Of a DNA stretch of 55,665 bases, positions 26,877-38,400 are shown piece by piece. The translations under genes and the position numbers were made by a program. The stretch is taken from positions 1 through 55,665 of the IMG/VR virus record IMGVR_UViG_3300030098_002838; one strand, 5' to 3'. The number at the start of each line of letters is the position of its first letter. Positions within the stretch are counted from its first letter, which is position 1. The DNA comes from a virus (lineage: Duplodnaviria > Caudoviricetes). A model generated the notes under the pieces. It was not told where the DNA came from. It did no database searches and saw only the letters and a list, made by a program, of their open reading frames with translations.

Positions 26877-29125
26877 TGGCTAGGGGTAACAAAAAAGTAG
26901 TAAATCAAATACATGATTTGTATAGAAAAGCAAATGGGTCTAATAGAAAAAAGTGGGAAAATGTAGCTCAACAAGCTTATGAATTTTTCTTAGGAGAGCA
27001 ACTTACAGAAGAAGAGCAAGATGCACTAAGGTCGGCTGGAATGCCTAATTTTACAATTAATAGGATTACTCCTGTTATTGAAATGATGAAATTCTTTGCA
27101 ACCGCTAATACTCCTAGATGGCAAGCTGTAGGGGCAGAAGGAAGTGATTCAGACGTAGCGGCTGTACACGCTGACATAGCAGATTATTGTTGGTATAATT
27201 CAAATGGTGATAGTATATATGCTCAAGTAATTCAAGATGCTCTTGTAAAGGGGGTTGGGTATATGCAAGTAGATGTAGACCCAAATCAAGATAGAGGATT
27301 AGGAGAAGTAATATTTAAAAAAGTTGAGCCTTTTGATATTTATCCAGACCCAACTTCTAGAGATTTTCTCTTCAGAGATGCTACTTATATTATGGTAAGA
27401 AAAGACTTACCTAAAGAACAAGTAAAAAAATTATTTCCAGATAAAGTAAGACAAATTAAAAATGCAAATAGTGATTCAGCTGGTGAAAATAATTACTCTG
27501 ATAGAGATATATTAGAAAGTGACATAGTATTTCCAGCGGATACCGCAGGGGAATCTTGGGATTCTAAAGGCGAAGAAGATACTATTATAGATTATTACGA
27601 ATGCTATAGTAAAGAAAAAGTATCATTTATGAATCTATTTATTAATTTACCTCCCGGGCCTTCTGAAATGGAATCTATTGAAAGACAAGTGGAAGTAGAT
27701 TTAAAAGATTTTGAAGCAGAAATGATGGTTCAGGTAGAAGAGAAAGCTTTACAATTATCTGAATCTGTACAAAAAGGTGAAATTATACAAGAAAGAGCAG
27801 AACTAGAAATAGAAAGAGCTCGTAGAGAAGCACAAGAATCAGTAGAAAAACAAAGAATTATTTTAATTAATAAATTAAAAGAAGCTGAGTCAAGAATAGA
27901 AAATCGTGTTATTACTAAAGCAGAATACGATATAATGATAAAAGACAAAACCGTGGCAGGAACTATTGTTGATGCAATTGATTTTTATGAAGATAGAATA
28001 CGATATACAATAGTTGTTGGAGACAAACTTCTTTACAATGAAATATTACCAATAAAAGATTACCCTATAATTCCTTTTGTTTATCAATACACAGGAACAC
28101 CATATCCAATGAGTGCAGTAAATCCATTGGTTGGTAAACAACAAGAATTAAATAAGGCACATCAAATTCTTATACATAATGCTAATTTAGCATCAAATCT
28201 TAGATGGATGTATGAAGAAGGTTCTGTGCCAGAAGAAGAATGGGAAAAGTATTCATCGGCTCCCGGTGCATTATTAAAGTATAGACAGGGATTTGCCCCT
28301 CCTACTCCAGTCCAACCTCTTCCACTAAACAATGCCTTTTATGGCATAACCCAGAACGCAAAAGCTGACATGGAATATGTAGCAGGGGTATATTCCTCTA
28401 TGCAAGGAGATAGTGGTTCAGGCCCAGAAACATATCGAGGTTTATTGCAAATGGATGAGTATGGTACTAGAAGAATTAAATCTTGGATGCAAAATGTAAT
28501 AGAGCCTGGATTAGAGCATTTAGGAATGGTGTTTAAAGATTGGGCGCAAGATACTTATTTAGCTCATAAAGTTTTTAGAATTGTTCAACCTAATAATATA
28601 AATGAAGAAAAAATTGTAGAAATTAATGTTCCAATATTTGATGACTTAGGAAATTCAGTAAAGAAATGGAATGATTATGCAACTGCTAGATTTGATGTTA
28701 GAATTATAGGTGGTTCTACACTACCATTAAATAGATGGGCATTATTAGAAGAATACTTTAAGTGGTATCAATCTGGATTAATAGATGATATTGCTATGTT
28801 ACAAGAAACAGATGTAAGAAATAAAGAAGCAATAATAAAACGTAAATCAGTTTATATGCAATTAAGAAACCAAGTAGAACAATTAGACCAAATTGTAAAA
28901 GACAGAAATGGTACTATAGAAACACTTGAAAGACAATTAGTACAATCAGGCATTAAAGAAAAAGTAAAAGATGCTGATATGTCTATACAAAAAGATGTGA
29001 TGCAAACAGAAGCAGCACAATCAGCATATAGAGAAAAACTTAAAAACGAATCAAATATGAAAATGAAAGAACTAGGACTAGCAGCGACTATAAGAAAAGA
29101 CAACATTGAGTCTGCTAAAGAATAG
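26876..29125 (+). CDS. Portal protein (P22-like)
   Basis: GEQ...PNFTINRI...DALVKGVGY...QQELNK pattern; size and position. Confidence 0.88.
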   Translation: MARGNKKVVNQIHDLYRKANGSNRKKWENVAQQAYEFFLGEQLTEEEQDALRSAGMPNFTINRITPVIEMMKFFATANTPRWQAVGAEGSDSDVAAVHADIADYCWYNSNGDSIYAQVIQDALVKGVGYMQVDVDPNQDRGLGEVIFKKVEPFDIYPDPTSRDFLFRDATYIMVRKDLPKEQVKKLFPDKVRQIKNANSDSAGENNYSDRDILESDIVFPADTAGESWDSKGEEDTIIDYYECYSKEKVSFMNLFINLPPGPSEMESIERQVEVDLKDFEAEMMVQVEEKALQLSESVQKGEIIQERAELEIERARREAQESVEKQRIILINKLKEAESRIENRVITKAEYDIMIKDKTVAGTIVDAIDFYEDRIRYTIVVGDKLLYNEILPIKDYPIIPFVYQYTGTPYPMSAVNPLVGKQQELNKAHQILIHNANLASNLRWMYEEGSVPEEEWEKYSSAPGALLKYRQGFAPPTPVQPLPLNNAFYGITQNAKADMEYVAGVYSSMQGDSGSGPETYRGLLQMDEYGTRRIKSWMQNVIEPGLEHLGMVFKDWAQDTYLAHKVFRIVQPNNINEEKIVEINVPIFDDLGNSVKKWNDYATARFDVRIIGGSTLPLNRWALLEEYFKWYQSGLIDDIAMLQETDVRNKEAIIKRKSVYMQLRNQVEQLDQIVKDRNGTIETLERQLVQSGIKEKVKDADMSIQKDVMQTEAAQSAYREKLKNESNMKMKELGLAATIRKDNIESAKE

Positions 29126-29155
29126 TTGATTTTTTCAGCATTGCTAATTTAAATT
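29126..29155 (+). promoter_or_regulatory. sigma70-like promoter upstream of scaffold/capsid
   Basis: TTGATT-N18-TAAATT. Confidence 0.5.
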
Positions 29156-29166
29156 AAGGAGAAATT

Positions 29167-30042
29167 ATGGCTAATGAAAATACAGACAACCTATCTAAAT
29201 CACCAGAGATGAATGATTTTAATATAGATAGCCCTGAAAATAATACGCCAAACACAGCTGACGATTTTTTTGAAGCTCTTGACCGTAAGGTAAATCAAGG
29301 TATACTAGAGCCGGAAGAAGAACCAGCATTGATGCAAAACGAAACAGAATCTGAAACCTCAGAAGTGAGCCCAGAACCTGTTGAGCAAGAGCATAATTGG
29401 GAAAAGAGATATAGTGATTCAAGTTCCGAAGCAAAACGACTTAACTCTCGTTTAAGTGAGCTAGAACCCTATGTACCTGTTCTCGATGCAATGAGAAAAG
29501 ACCCTAATTTAGTAACTCATGTGAGAGACTATTTTGAGGGTGGTGGTTCAACCCCTAAAAAAGTAACGGAAAAACTTGGTTTAGATGATGATTTTATCTT
29601 TGATGCTGATGAAGCAGTTAATAATACTGATTCCGACTCAGCAAAAGTTTTACAAGCTACCATTGATGGCGTTGTTAATCAACGTCTACAAAAGCATCAA
29701 GTAGAACAAGAAAATCAAAGTAGAAGACTTTCAACTGAAGCAGAATTTAGAGCAAAGCATAATATGAATGATGGTGAATGGAAAGAACTTGTTGACTATG
29801 CTAATTCACGAACACTTTCTTTAGACGATATTTATTATCTTAAAAATCGTGAAAATCGTGATAAGAATGTTGCTGATTCTGCCAGAAAAGATATGTCTGA
29901 ACAAATGAAAAGAGTACGTCAGAAACCTCAAAGCGCATCTTCAATAGGTGGAGCTACTAGAAATGATGATATGACTCCAGACGAGCAAGTTTTTGAAGCT
30001 ATTTTAGGGATTGATTCGGAACTAGAATCTGTATTTGGTTAA
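29167..30042 (+). CDS. Capsid scaffolding protein
   Basis: Acidic N-terminus, WEKRYSDS coiled coil; between portal and capsid genes. Confidence 0.75.
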   Translation: MANENTDNLSKSPEMNDFNIDSPENNTPNTADDFFEALDRKVNQGILEPEEEPALMQNETESETSEVSPEPVEQEHNWEKRYSDSSSEAKRLNSRLSELEPYVPVLDAMRKDPNLVTHVRDYFEGGGSTPKKVTEKLGLDDDFIFDADEAVNNTDSDSAKVLQATIDGVVNQRLQKHQVEQENQSRRLSTEAEFRAKHNMNDGEWKELVDYANSRTLSLDDIYYLKNRENRDKNVADSARKDMSEQMKRVRQKPQSASSIGGATRNDDMTPDEQVFEAILGIDSELESVFG

Positions 30043-30076
30043 TAACTAAATACTTAACTTAAAATAGGAGCTTAAA

Positions 30077-31678
30077 ATGGCACAAGACATTTTTGGCATC
30101 TCCGATGTTACCAGTTTAACTGAATCCACAGCTGGTATAGTTGACCCGGGTGGAAATTTATCGACTGGTGACCTTCGGAGAAAATATAACTTTGGCGATA
30201 GAGTTAGCGAATTAGCAATTGCACAAGACCCGTTTTTTAGGTTTGTGTCAAAAGTAGCTAAGAAGCCAACTGATGACCCTCAGTTTAAATTCACAGAAAG
30301 AAGACCTTCCTATCATAAACGATATGCATATGTAGTAGACCACGGCACAAGTCGAGCAGGTCTAGCTGGTTCACAGGCAACTGTAACAGCAAGTGATATT
30401 GCAGAAGGCGATACTTGGTATGTAAGGATGATGACTGATTATAAGAACGATGGTAACATCGGTCAAGTATATGGTTCATCAACTTCTTTAAGAGTAGGTG
30501 ATAACGGAACAAGACCTGAGTTTTTTCTACCAGGTCAAATGGTAAAAATCCCATTTCATACAAATGATGCAGCAAATACAGCTGCTCTTGCTTTTGCATG
30601 CGATGATTATATTGTAGGTAGAGTAGAAGAAGTATATTCAAATTCTGAAGGTGCTGCTTCTGCTACAAATAACTCTGTTGAGTTAAAACTTACAATTGTA
30701 AGAACTCTTGACGATTCAACTAATAATGACTTAGCTGGTTGGGGAGCTGGTACAACTGCTGAAAGCCCTCTTGACGCGCATACTGATGATGTATCTGCGG
30801 CTGAATGGAAAGACTTTACTGTTCAACAACTTGAAAAAGCTCGTTGTTATATAGTAGGTAATTCTTGGGGTCAAGGTTCTGGTTACCCAGAAACATGGAA
30901 AGACCAACCTTTCTCAACCGGTAGTGGTTTAACTCAAATTTGGAAAACTTCTTTAGCAATGGACAACACAACTCGTGCAACTGTTCTAAAGTATGAACCA
31001 AGTGAGTTTGCTAGAATCTGGCGAGAAAAGTTGATTGAGCATAAGTGGGATATTGAAACATCATTACTATTTGGTAATCAGTATTCTGATGCAAATGGTG
31101 TTCAGTATACTCAAGGAGCTGTTGATTATATACTTAGTTATGGTAATCAATTTAGCCTAACTCTATCTTCAAAATCTCAAGATTCATTTCTTGAAGATTT
31201 GTCTCAATACCTAGACCCACGATACAATAATAGCCCTGCTACTGTATTTTTCTGTTCTACAGAAGTGTATAATTGGTTGCATAAACTAAGTGGGTACTTT
31301 GCTAACAATGTTGGTATGGTAAAACCTGGCGCAAGTTCACCTGATAGTTCAGGTAACTCGTATGGTAGAGCTAATATTGACATGGTAGGTAAAAAGAAAG
31401 CATTTGGAGTAGACATTACAGTTATTTCAACACCTTATGGTGATATGAATGTAGCTCGTAACGTACACCTAGATGGTTCTCCTGCTAAGATTGTCGCAAT
31501 TAATATGCGTCATTGTTCTTACAGGCCTCTTGTTGGTAATGGACTTAATCGTGATACAGCTGTTTATGTTGGTGTTCAAACACTAGAAAACAGTGGTATT
31601 GACCGTAGAGTTGACTTAATTCAAACCGAAGCCGGTATGGAGTTTCAGATGCCTGAAGCACATGCCATATGGACATAA
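30077..31678 (+). CDS. Major capsid protein (HK97 fold, DUF5309/SU10-like)
   Basis: PFFRF...TQIWK...EHKWDIETSLLFG...TPYG...TEAGME...EAHA; strong SD; position. Confidence 0.88.
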   Translation: MAQDIFGISDVTSLTESTAGIVDPGGNLSTGDLRRKYNFGDRVSELAIAQDPFFRFVSKVAKKPTDDPQFKFTERRPSYHKRYAYVVDHGTSRAGLAGSQATVTASDIAEGDTWYVRMMTDYKNDGNIGQVYGSSTSLRVGDNGTRPEFFLPGQMVKIPFHTNDAANTAALAFACDDYIVGRVEEVYSNSEGAASATNNSVELKLTIVRTLDDSTNNDLAGWGAGTTAESPLDAHTDDVSAAEWKDFTVQQLEKARCYIVGNSWGQGSGYPETWKDQPFSTGSGLTQIWKTSLAMDNTTRATVLKYEPSEFARIWREKLIEHKWDIETSLLFGNQYSDANGVQYTQGAVDYILSYGNQFSLTLSSKSQDSFLEDLSQYLDPRYNNSPATVFFCSTEVYNWLHKLSGYFANNVGMVKPGASSPDSSGNSYGRANIDMVGKKKAFGVDITVISTPYGDMNVARNVHLDGSPAKIVAINMRHCSYRPLVGNGLNRDTAVYVGVQTLENSGIDRRVDLIQTEAGMEFQMPEAHAIWT

Positions 31679-31689
31679 AGGAGTAAATT

Positions 31690-32196
31690 ATGGGAATGCC
31701 TTTATACGGTCAAAATAAGTTCGGAGAATCTGTTGGTGAAAAATTATACTCTGAGGCAGGTACGCTTCGTGAGCATGAAAATTCAACAGATGCTAACGAT
31801 ATATTCAAATACTCAATACCAGCTAATAAATTAGAAATAGGTGACATTGTTAGAATTAAAGTTTTCTGCACAGTTGTAGATAGCAATAGTTCAGACACTT
31901 TAACACCTATTCTTAAGTTTGCAGGCGATGCTATAGCAACTGGAGCAGCACTTGATGTTGCCGATGATGATATAGTTTACGCTTGGGCTGATGTTCATGT
32001 AACTAGCGCAACTGCAATGACAGCAATAGCTGAAATTAGAACAGATGCTTTAGGAGCTACTCATGTTATTGGTGCAACAAACCTATCTTCAAAAGATATT
32101 ACATCTGCAATAGATGTAGTTCTTAATGTTGATTGGAGTGCTGCTCACGCTGATAATGAAGTAAGAATAGACGCATGTAGCGTAGAACTTGTTTAA
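31690..32196 (+). CDS. Putative capsid decoration/auxiliary protein
   Basis: Beta-rich; directly after the MCP and before a hairpin. Confidence 0.5.
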   Translation: MGMPLYGQNKFGESVGEKLYSEAGTLREHENSTDANDIFKYSIPANKLEIGDIVRIKVFCTVVDSNSSDTLTPILKFAGDAIATGAALDVADDDIVYAWADVHVTSATAMTAIAEIRTDALGATHVIGATNLSSKDITSAIDVVLNVDWSAAHADNEVRIDACSVELV

Positions 32197-32210
32197 CTAA
32201 ACAAAACAAT

Positions 32211-32236
32211 ATATGGGGGCCTTCGGGCCCCTGTAT
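32211..32236 (+). terminator. cUUCGg hairpin after the capsid genes (terminator or stabiliser)
   Basis: ATATG GGGGCC TTCG GGCCCC TGTAT; no strong U-tract. Confidence 0.6.
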
Positions 32237-32252
32237 ATAAAAGATTTAAAAT

Positions 32253-33443
32253 ATGGCAACATTTAAAGAACAAGTAGAGGGACTAACTGGATTATCTATT
32301 GATAGTGGTAGTTCTCCTACACAAAGTGAATTAACTCAATTTTTAAAAGATGGCGTTTTAGACGTTACAAGTAGATGTCTATCTGTTAGACCTCAAGATT
32401 CTTTTATGTTTATGAGAATATCTTCAGAAAGCACATCTCAAGCTGGAGTAACAATTCCATCAGCTAAAATTATTAGTGTTGTAAGAGAATCAGGTACTAA
32501 TGATAATTGGAAAAATTGTAGGAAAATACCTATTGGTTTTCAATACGATGTTACAGATTCAACGAGTCTTCATTATGCTTCTAAATTTAATCCTGCTTAT
32601 TTAGTTTCTGAAGAAGGGGCGATACTTGTTTATCCACCTCCTTCATCTGGTGGTGCTAATTCTTATAAAGTTTACTATGTTAATGGTACACCAACAGACC
32701 AAACTAATAATGCATCACTAACATATGCTCATTCAGATATTAAATATTTTCCAGAAGATAAAGCATATTTAGTAGTTTTATATGCATCTATACAATCATT
32801 ACAAAATGCTTTGTCATCTAAAGCATTACCAGATGATATTAGTTTTCCATCTATACCATCTTCATTATCCTTATCAGATGCTCCTGTTATTCCATCAATA
32901 AGTAATAATAGTATATCTTTTACAACTACAGCTCCAACATATTCTGGGCCTACAGTTGTACCAAATTTTGGAGATGCTGAAAATTGGATTAGTGTAGAAG
33001 AAGACCCTGAAATGTTAGCAGGTAGAATACAAACAATTAATGCTCAAATAGCAGAATTTCAAGCAAAGGTACAAGATTCTGTACAAAGTTTTAACAAAGA
33101 AAATGTAGAGTATCAAGCTCAATTACAAGTATCAATTCAAAATGCTCAATTATCGCAATCAGATGATGCGCAAAAATTGCAAAAGTATTCAGCAGAAATA
33201 TCATCTTATCAACAAGATAATCAAAGTAAGATTGCTAAATTTAATGCAGATTTACAATCGTATACATCTGAAGTATCTAGTAAATTACAAGACTATACAG
33301 CTAAGATACAGAAAGTAATGACAGATTATGGATGGATGGAATCAAGAGCAAAATTATTAATGGCAAAATATGAAGGAGCATTTGCAGCTATGGCAGGCGC
33401 ACAACCAAAAGCACAAGCAGCTCCTCAACAAGTTAGGAGATAA
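32253..33443 (+). CDS. Head-tail adaptor-like protein with a C-terminal Gln-rich coiled coil
   Basis: ELTQFLKDG...VYPPP...LVVLYAS adaptor-like pattern; position. Confidence 0.5.
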   Translation: MATFKEQVEGLTGLSIDSGSSPTQSELTQFLKDGVLDVTSRCLSVRPQDSFMFMRISSESTSQAGVTIPSAKIISVVRESGTNDNWKNCRKIPIGFQYDVTDSTSLHYASKFNPAYLVSEEGAILVYPPPSSGGANSYKVYYVNGTPTDQTNNASLTYAHSDIKYFPEDKAYLVVLYASIQSLQNALSSKALPDDISFPSIPSSLSLSDAPVIPSISNNSISFTTTAPTYSGPTVVPNFGDAENWISVEEDPEMLAGRIQTINAQIAEFQAKVQDSVQSFNKENVEYQAQLQVSIQNAQLSQSDDAQKLQKYSAEISSYQQDNQSKIAKFNADLQSYTSEVSSKLQDYTAKIQKVMTDYGWMESRAKLLMAKYEGAFAAMAGAQPKAQAAPQQVRR

Positions 33444-33445
33444 CA

Positions 33446-33922
33446 ATGGCAGATAAAGCATCATCTAGTTTATCAGCATCAATATTATTAGATGAAATAA
33501 AAGCAAGTATGAGTGGTAGTTTAATTTATGAACCTGCTGATGGTAATGATAAGTGGGTATTTGCAGAAGTGCAAGTAACTGGTTCTGCTTCAGATACAGA
33601 TTTACTAGACACTGGTGATTCATATCTTGGTTCGTCATCTCAAGTAGCTACTGGAGACACATTTAGATGGTTATGTATTAAAAATATATCTACAACCACT
33701 ACAGAAGGAATAGGATTTGTATTAGATGCTGGCAATGCAGTTTATAATGAAAAAGATTTAATTGTTGTAGGGCCTGGAGAAATGGTAATAATAAAACCAC
33801 CTAATTGCACAGTTGCAGATTTACATGCTAGAAGTTGTGTTCTTGATTCAAATCTAAGACCAGAAAGTCAAGGAACGGCAACTGTTAATGCTCATGTAGC
33901 AGCTATATTGGATGACGTATAA
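33446..33922 (+). CDS. Virion structural protein
   Basis: Beta-rich, in the structural operon. Confidence 0.55.
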   Translation: MADKASSSLSASILLDEIKASMSGSLIYEPADGNDKWVFAEVQVTGSASDTDLLDTGDSYLGSSSQVATGDTFRWLCIKNISTTTTEGIGFVLDAGNAVYNEKDLIVVGPGEMVIIKPPNCTVADLHARSCVLDSNLRPESQGTATVNAHVAAILDDV

Positions 33923-34200
33923 TGACTATTAAAGAAATGATGGAAAGAGCCGGTGTTAATAGTACTGGTTTAGCATTAGCTTGGATAAAAGATGCTGTAC
34001 ACGCTATTAAATCTTCTCATGGTGAAGAAATAAAATCTAATAAACAAAATATAATTGATGGAGAAAGAGAATATATTTTACCACTTAACATGGTATCTTT
34101 AAAATCTGTTTCTATTCTAGATACATCAGATGATAAATATAAAAAAATAAAACGATTGGCATATGACCCAATTGTTTCAGAAGATACGAGTCCAGAATAA
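33922..34200 (+). CDS. Adaptor-like protein, N-terminal-type half
   Basis: MTIKEM...WIKDA...GEREYILP. Confidence 0.45.
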   Translation: MTIKEMMERAGVNSTGLALAWIKDAVHAIKSSHGEEIKSNKQNIIDGEREYILPLNMVSLKSVSILDTSDDKYKKIKRLAYDPIVSEDTSPE

Positions 34201-34355
34201 TGCCGGTTCAATATAAAAAAGAAAAAAAAGTAATTATGACTAAGCCTAAAGATGATAAATATAAAGAGCTTTCTACAAAAATAGTTTTGCTTGAACACAA
34301 GTTAGAAGAAATGTATAAAATTGTAAAAAGACTTCAAACTAGAGCAGGATTATGA
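34200..34355 (+). CDS. Small coiled-coil protein (51 aa, not in track)
   Basis: TAATG and ATGA overlaps at both ends. Confidence 0.5.
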   Translation: MPVQYKKEKKVIMTKPKDDKYKELSTKIVLLEHKLEEMYKIVKRLQTRAGL

Positions 34356-35050
34356 GTTATAATACTTATAAAAATTGGTTTTATCAATTACATGGTAGAT
34401 ATATACACTTATGGCAACTTGCTAATAATGCTTTTATAGATACTATTGGTAGTTATAAAATAAGATTGCCGGGTGAAAAATCTCCTATACAATTAATTTA
34501 TCCAGATGAAGACATTACAAATGGATTAAGAATTGAATATACATCATTTGATGAATCTGAAATATTTATATCTGAAGCATTAGAAACTACAACTGCTAAA
34601 TATTCTTCAAGTACCATAGCTTTTTCAGATGGTGGAGATACCATTACTGACTCTACTAATCCATTTGTAACAGCTGGTTTTTCAACTGGTGATAGAATAA
34701 GAATTATAGGGTCTGCTAGTAATGATGGTGATTATACTGTTGATGTAGCAGCTGGTGCTCTTACATTACAAAGTGGTAGTACTACACTTGAAACAATTGG
34801 TGAAAGTATTACAATATATCAAATACCTAAAACTGGAGCAACTGCAGATGAAAGCGCTCATGTTAATTTAAATAGAATGTTATCACTAGCAGTTGTTGAT
34901 TATATGAAGGCCCAGCAAAAAGAATTAGAAGGTGATATTCAAGGTAAAGAATATTACATAAAACAATTTTGGAAAAAAGTAGCAGATGACCAGAGTAATA
35001 AGAGAAATATTTCTATGACTTTTTCTCTTCCTGTTTATTCTGTTCGTTAA
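34352..35050 (+). CDS. Adaptor-like protein, C-terminal-type half with an inserted beta domain
   Basis: LRIEY...GFSTGDRIRIIGSASNDGDYTV...LAVVDYMKA. Confidence 0.45.
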   Translation: MSYNTYKNWFYQLHGRYIHLWQLANNAFIDTIGSYKIRLPGEKSPIQLIYPDEDITNGLRIEYTSFDESEIFISEALETTTAKYSSSTIAFSDGGDTITDSTNPFVTAGFSTGDRIRIIGSASNDGDYTVDVAAGALTLQSGSTTLETIGESITIYQIPKTGATADESAHVNLNRMLSLAVVDYMKAQQKELEGDIQGKEYYIKQFWKKVADDQSNKRNISMTFSLPVYSVR

Positions 35051-35061
35051 TTAAATTAAAG

Positions 35062-35100
35062 TGCTTGTATAAGGAGCATTCTCGCCTCGCATGACAAGCA
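35062..35100 (+). promoter_or_regulatory. Intergenic hairpin
   Basis: TGCTTGT/ACAAGCA stem. Confidence 0.4.
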
Positions 35101-35121
35101 TTAACCGTAAAGGAGAAACAA

Positions 35122-35460
35122 ATGGCAAATTTACAAAAACATAGAGCACACGAATCATTAAATATAGATACAGCTGCTGATTGGCAAGTTCAAACAATAG
35201 TATCAGTTACAGCTAATGCTGCTGACGCTATGATTGATGTGTCTAATTATCACATGGTTCATCTTCAACCAGCTGAAGATATATATTTTACATTTAACGC
35301 AAACAATGTTGAAGCTAGTCTTGTTCCAGCAAATGAACTTTATTTAAAAGGTGGAGATACAATTTATTCTTTTAAAATCCCTAAAGGATTGTCGGATACA
35401 ATGTATTTAATATTAGAACGAGTAACTGATACAGGCAATTGCCGTATTGTATTATCATAG
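35122..35460 (+). CDS. Virion structural protein
   Basis: AAGGAG SD; upstream of the fibre gene. Confidence 0.6.
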   Translation: MANLQKHRAHESLNIDTAADWQVQTIVSVTANAADAMIDVSNYHMVHLQPAEDIYFTFNANNVEASLVPANELYLKGGDTIYSFKIPKGLSDTMYLILERVTDTGNCRIVLS

Positions 35461-35469
35461 GAGGTAATT

Positions 35470-38400
35470 ATGGCTTTTTTACAAACAACAGCAGCAAGTA
35501 TATCTTCTGGGGGTACAATAAATGGTAATGTTACTATAGCAGGCGATTTAACTGTTCAAGGTGATAATAGTGGAACATATAGTGAGATAATTACTGGCGT
35601 TCTTCAAATGTCTAGCACAACATTAAATGGTTCTCCAATAAATTTATTAAGTAGAGATACTGCAATAGATACTGACGGAGAAGGTGTTAGAATAAGATTT
35701 GGTAAAAGTAATGATGGCTTTTTAGCTGACTATGGCTATAGAAGATGGACATCTAGTGATAAGGGTGCAACTATAACATCTACAGATAATTTAAGATTTG
35801 CACTTGCTGGTCAAGATGTTTCGCATTTTATGTTTAAAGGTGGAAATAGTACAACGGGGTCTATTTTAGATATTAGACCACACGAGTATCATGTTGTAGC
35901 AGACGATGTTTTAGGTAAAATAACTTTTTCAGCTGCTCACGAAACTAGTGGTACAGATGCTATTTTAGCAGGTGCTGAAATCAAAGCATTAGCAACTGCT
36001 GAATTTACATCTAGTGTTAACTCTACTGATTTAATATTTGGCACAGGAGCAAGTGAAGCTGCTACCGAAAAAATGCGTATTACTTCAGCAGGTCGGGTTG
36101 GTATTGGAACTGACTCACCTGATACCAATATGCACATTGCAATGGATAATGGAACAATGCCCGATGTTAGTGGAGAAGCTGGAACTGGATTCATTGTACA
36201 AAATAATAGTGCTACAAACGATAATGTTAGAATGTCGCTTATATCAGGTAATGCAGCTTCAGGAGTTATTCATTTTGGAGACGAACAAGACCACAACGCT
36301 GGTACAATATATTATAATCATTCCTCTAATTATATGGCTTTTGAAACTAATGGTGCTAATGAAAGACTGCGTATTGATTCATCAGGTAATGTTGGTATCG
36401 GAAGAAGTGATTCTGTAATGTCAGGATTGGGTGGTACAAACACAAAATTAACACTTTATAATTCTAGCTACGCAGGTAATTTAGAGTTAGCTGGTAACTC
36501 ATCAAGTGATGATGCGTTAATGGGCAGTATTTGGTTTTCAAATGAAGATAATGCAGACGATACAAATGTTGATGCAGATAGTAAGTTAATTGCTACTATA
36601 GATGTAAGAACTGAAACATCAGATTCTAATGCACACGATGATAGTGGTTCTCATATAATATTTAAAACAAAGCCTGAAGCTGGTACATTAGCAGAAGCAA
36701 TGCGTATTGATTCATCAGGGCGAGTTGGTATAGGAGTTGCTCCATCACTTGATGCAAATACTCCACTTACAGTACAAACTGCATCTGACTTTAGTATGTT
36801 GTTAAATAGTACAAATGACGGAGGATTTGTATCTCTTAAAATAGGAAACTCAGGAGATACAAGTGCCACTTCTAATTGGGATATAGTAAGAGCCAATGGT
36901 AGTGGAAATTTAGGAATTAGACATTGGGACACTTTTTATTCAGGTGGTAATGTTACTACTGTGATAAATTTAGATGCCAACTCTCGCATCAGTCTTAGTA
37001 ATAATGATAGTGGTGGAACAGGTGGTACTGATAGTACAAGTGGTAATACTATATTTGGATATCACGCTGGTTTAAACCTTGATTCAGGTAGTATAGATAA
37101 TATTTTAATTGGTCACGCATCGGGAAAGGGATTATCTGGCAGTACGAATGATTACACACAAAATGTGCTGATTGGTGGCAACTCAGGAAGGGATATAACT
37201 CAAGGCGATAATAATGTAGTCGTAGGTCACAATGCAGGTCGGTATCTTTCACAAGGAGATTCAAATACACTTATTGGGCATAATGCCGGTAATGCAGTTC
37301 TTAACGCAAATAATAACACAATAGTTGGTGCAAATGCTGGTGACGCTATATCTTCAGGTGCAAATAATTCTATATTGGGAACATCGGCATTAAGTACAGC
37401 AACGACTGCTTTAAATAATGTGTTTATTGGAAGAAGTGCTGGTGAAGACATTCCAGCAAGTCAAGCACTAAATGGTGTTATAGCTATAGGATGGGAATCG
37501 TTTAAAGGTAGTGGTTCTACTACTACAGGCCCAGAAGGAACAGTTGCAATTGGATATCAAGCATTAACTGCACTCACTACAGGAATTGCTAATACAGCGA
37601 TAGGATATGAGGCATTAAAAACAGAGGATACTAGCGATGGTAATGTAGCTATAGGTCATCAAGCATTAAAAACTCAAGATGCAGTTGATAACGCAGGAAA
37701 TACTGCTGTAGGATATGTAGCATTAACAAATTCGACAACTGCAATAGGGAATACTGCGGTAGGTTATAAAGCAGGTCAGTCTGTTACAACTGGGGGATTG
37801 TCAACTATAGTGGGTCATCAGGCTGGAAAATCTTTTACTGTTGGTAGATATAATACTGTATTAGGGTATGCTGCAATGGATGCAGAAGTAGAAGGTTCAG
37901 AAAACGTAGCAATAGGTTATAATGCTTTAACTGCTGCAAACGCAGGTGGTAGTGGTAGTGGAGCGACTAATACTCACAACACTATGGTAGGTGCAAATGC
38001 AGGTGATGGAATAACTTCAGGTATTCAAAATACTGGATTAGGTGCAAATGTTGCTTTTGATGTAGATGCTAATAATCAAACTGCTATTGGGTTTGGAGCA
38101 ACAACTGATTCAGCTAATGATATTGCAATAGGAAATACAAGCGTTGATGAAATAGAAGGTCAAGCAAGTTTCGCAACTTATTCAGATGAAAGAATTAAAC
38201 AAAATATTCAAGATGGTGATTTAGGTCTTGATTTTATTAATTTATTAAAACCTCGCAAGTATAATAAAGTAAATCCTGCTAAATATCCTGATTCAATTAA
38301 AAACCCAAGTGATGGCGTTGATTCAAATGGTGATGAACAGGAATGGACAGATGCTCAAGCTAATAAAGTTTGGGATGGATTAATTGCTCAAGAAGTAAAA

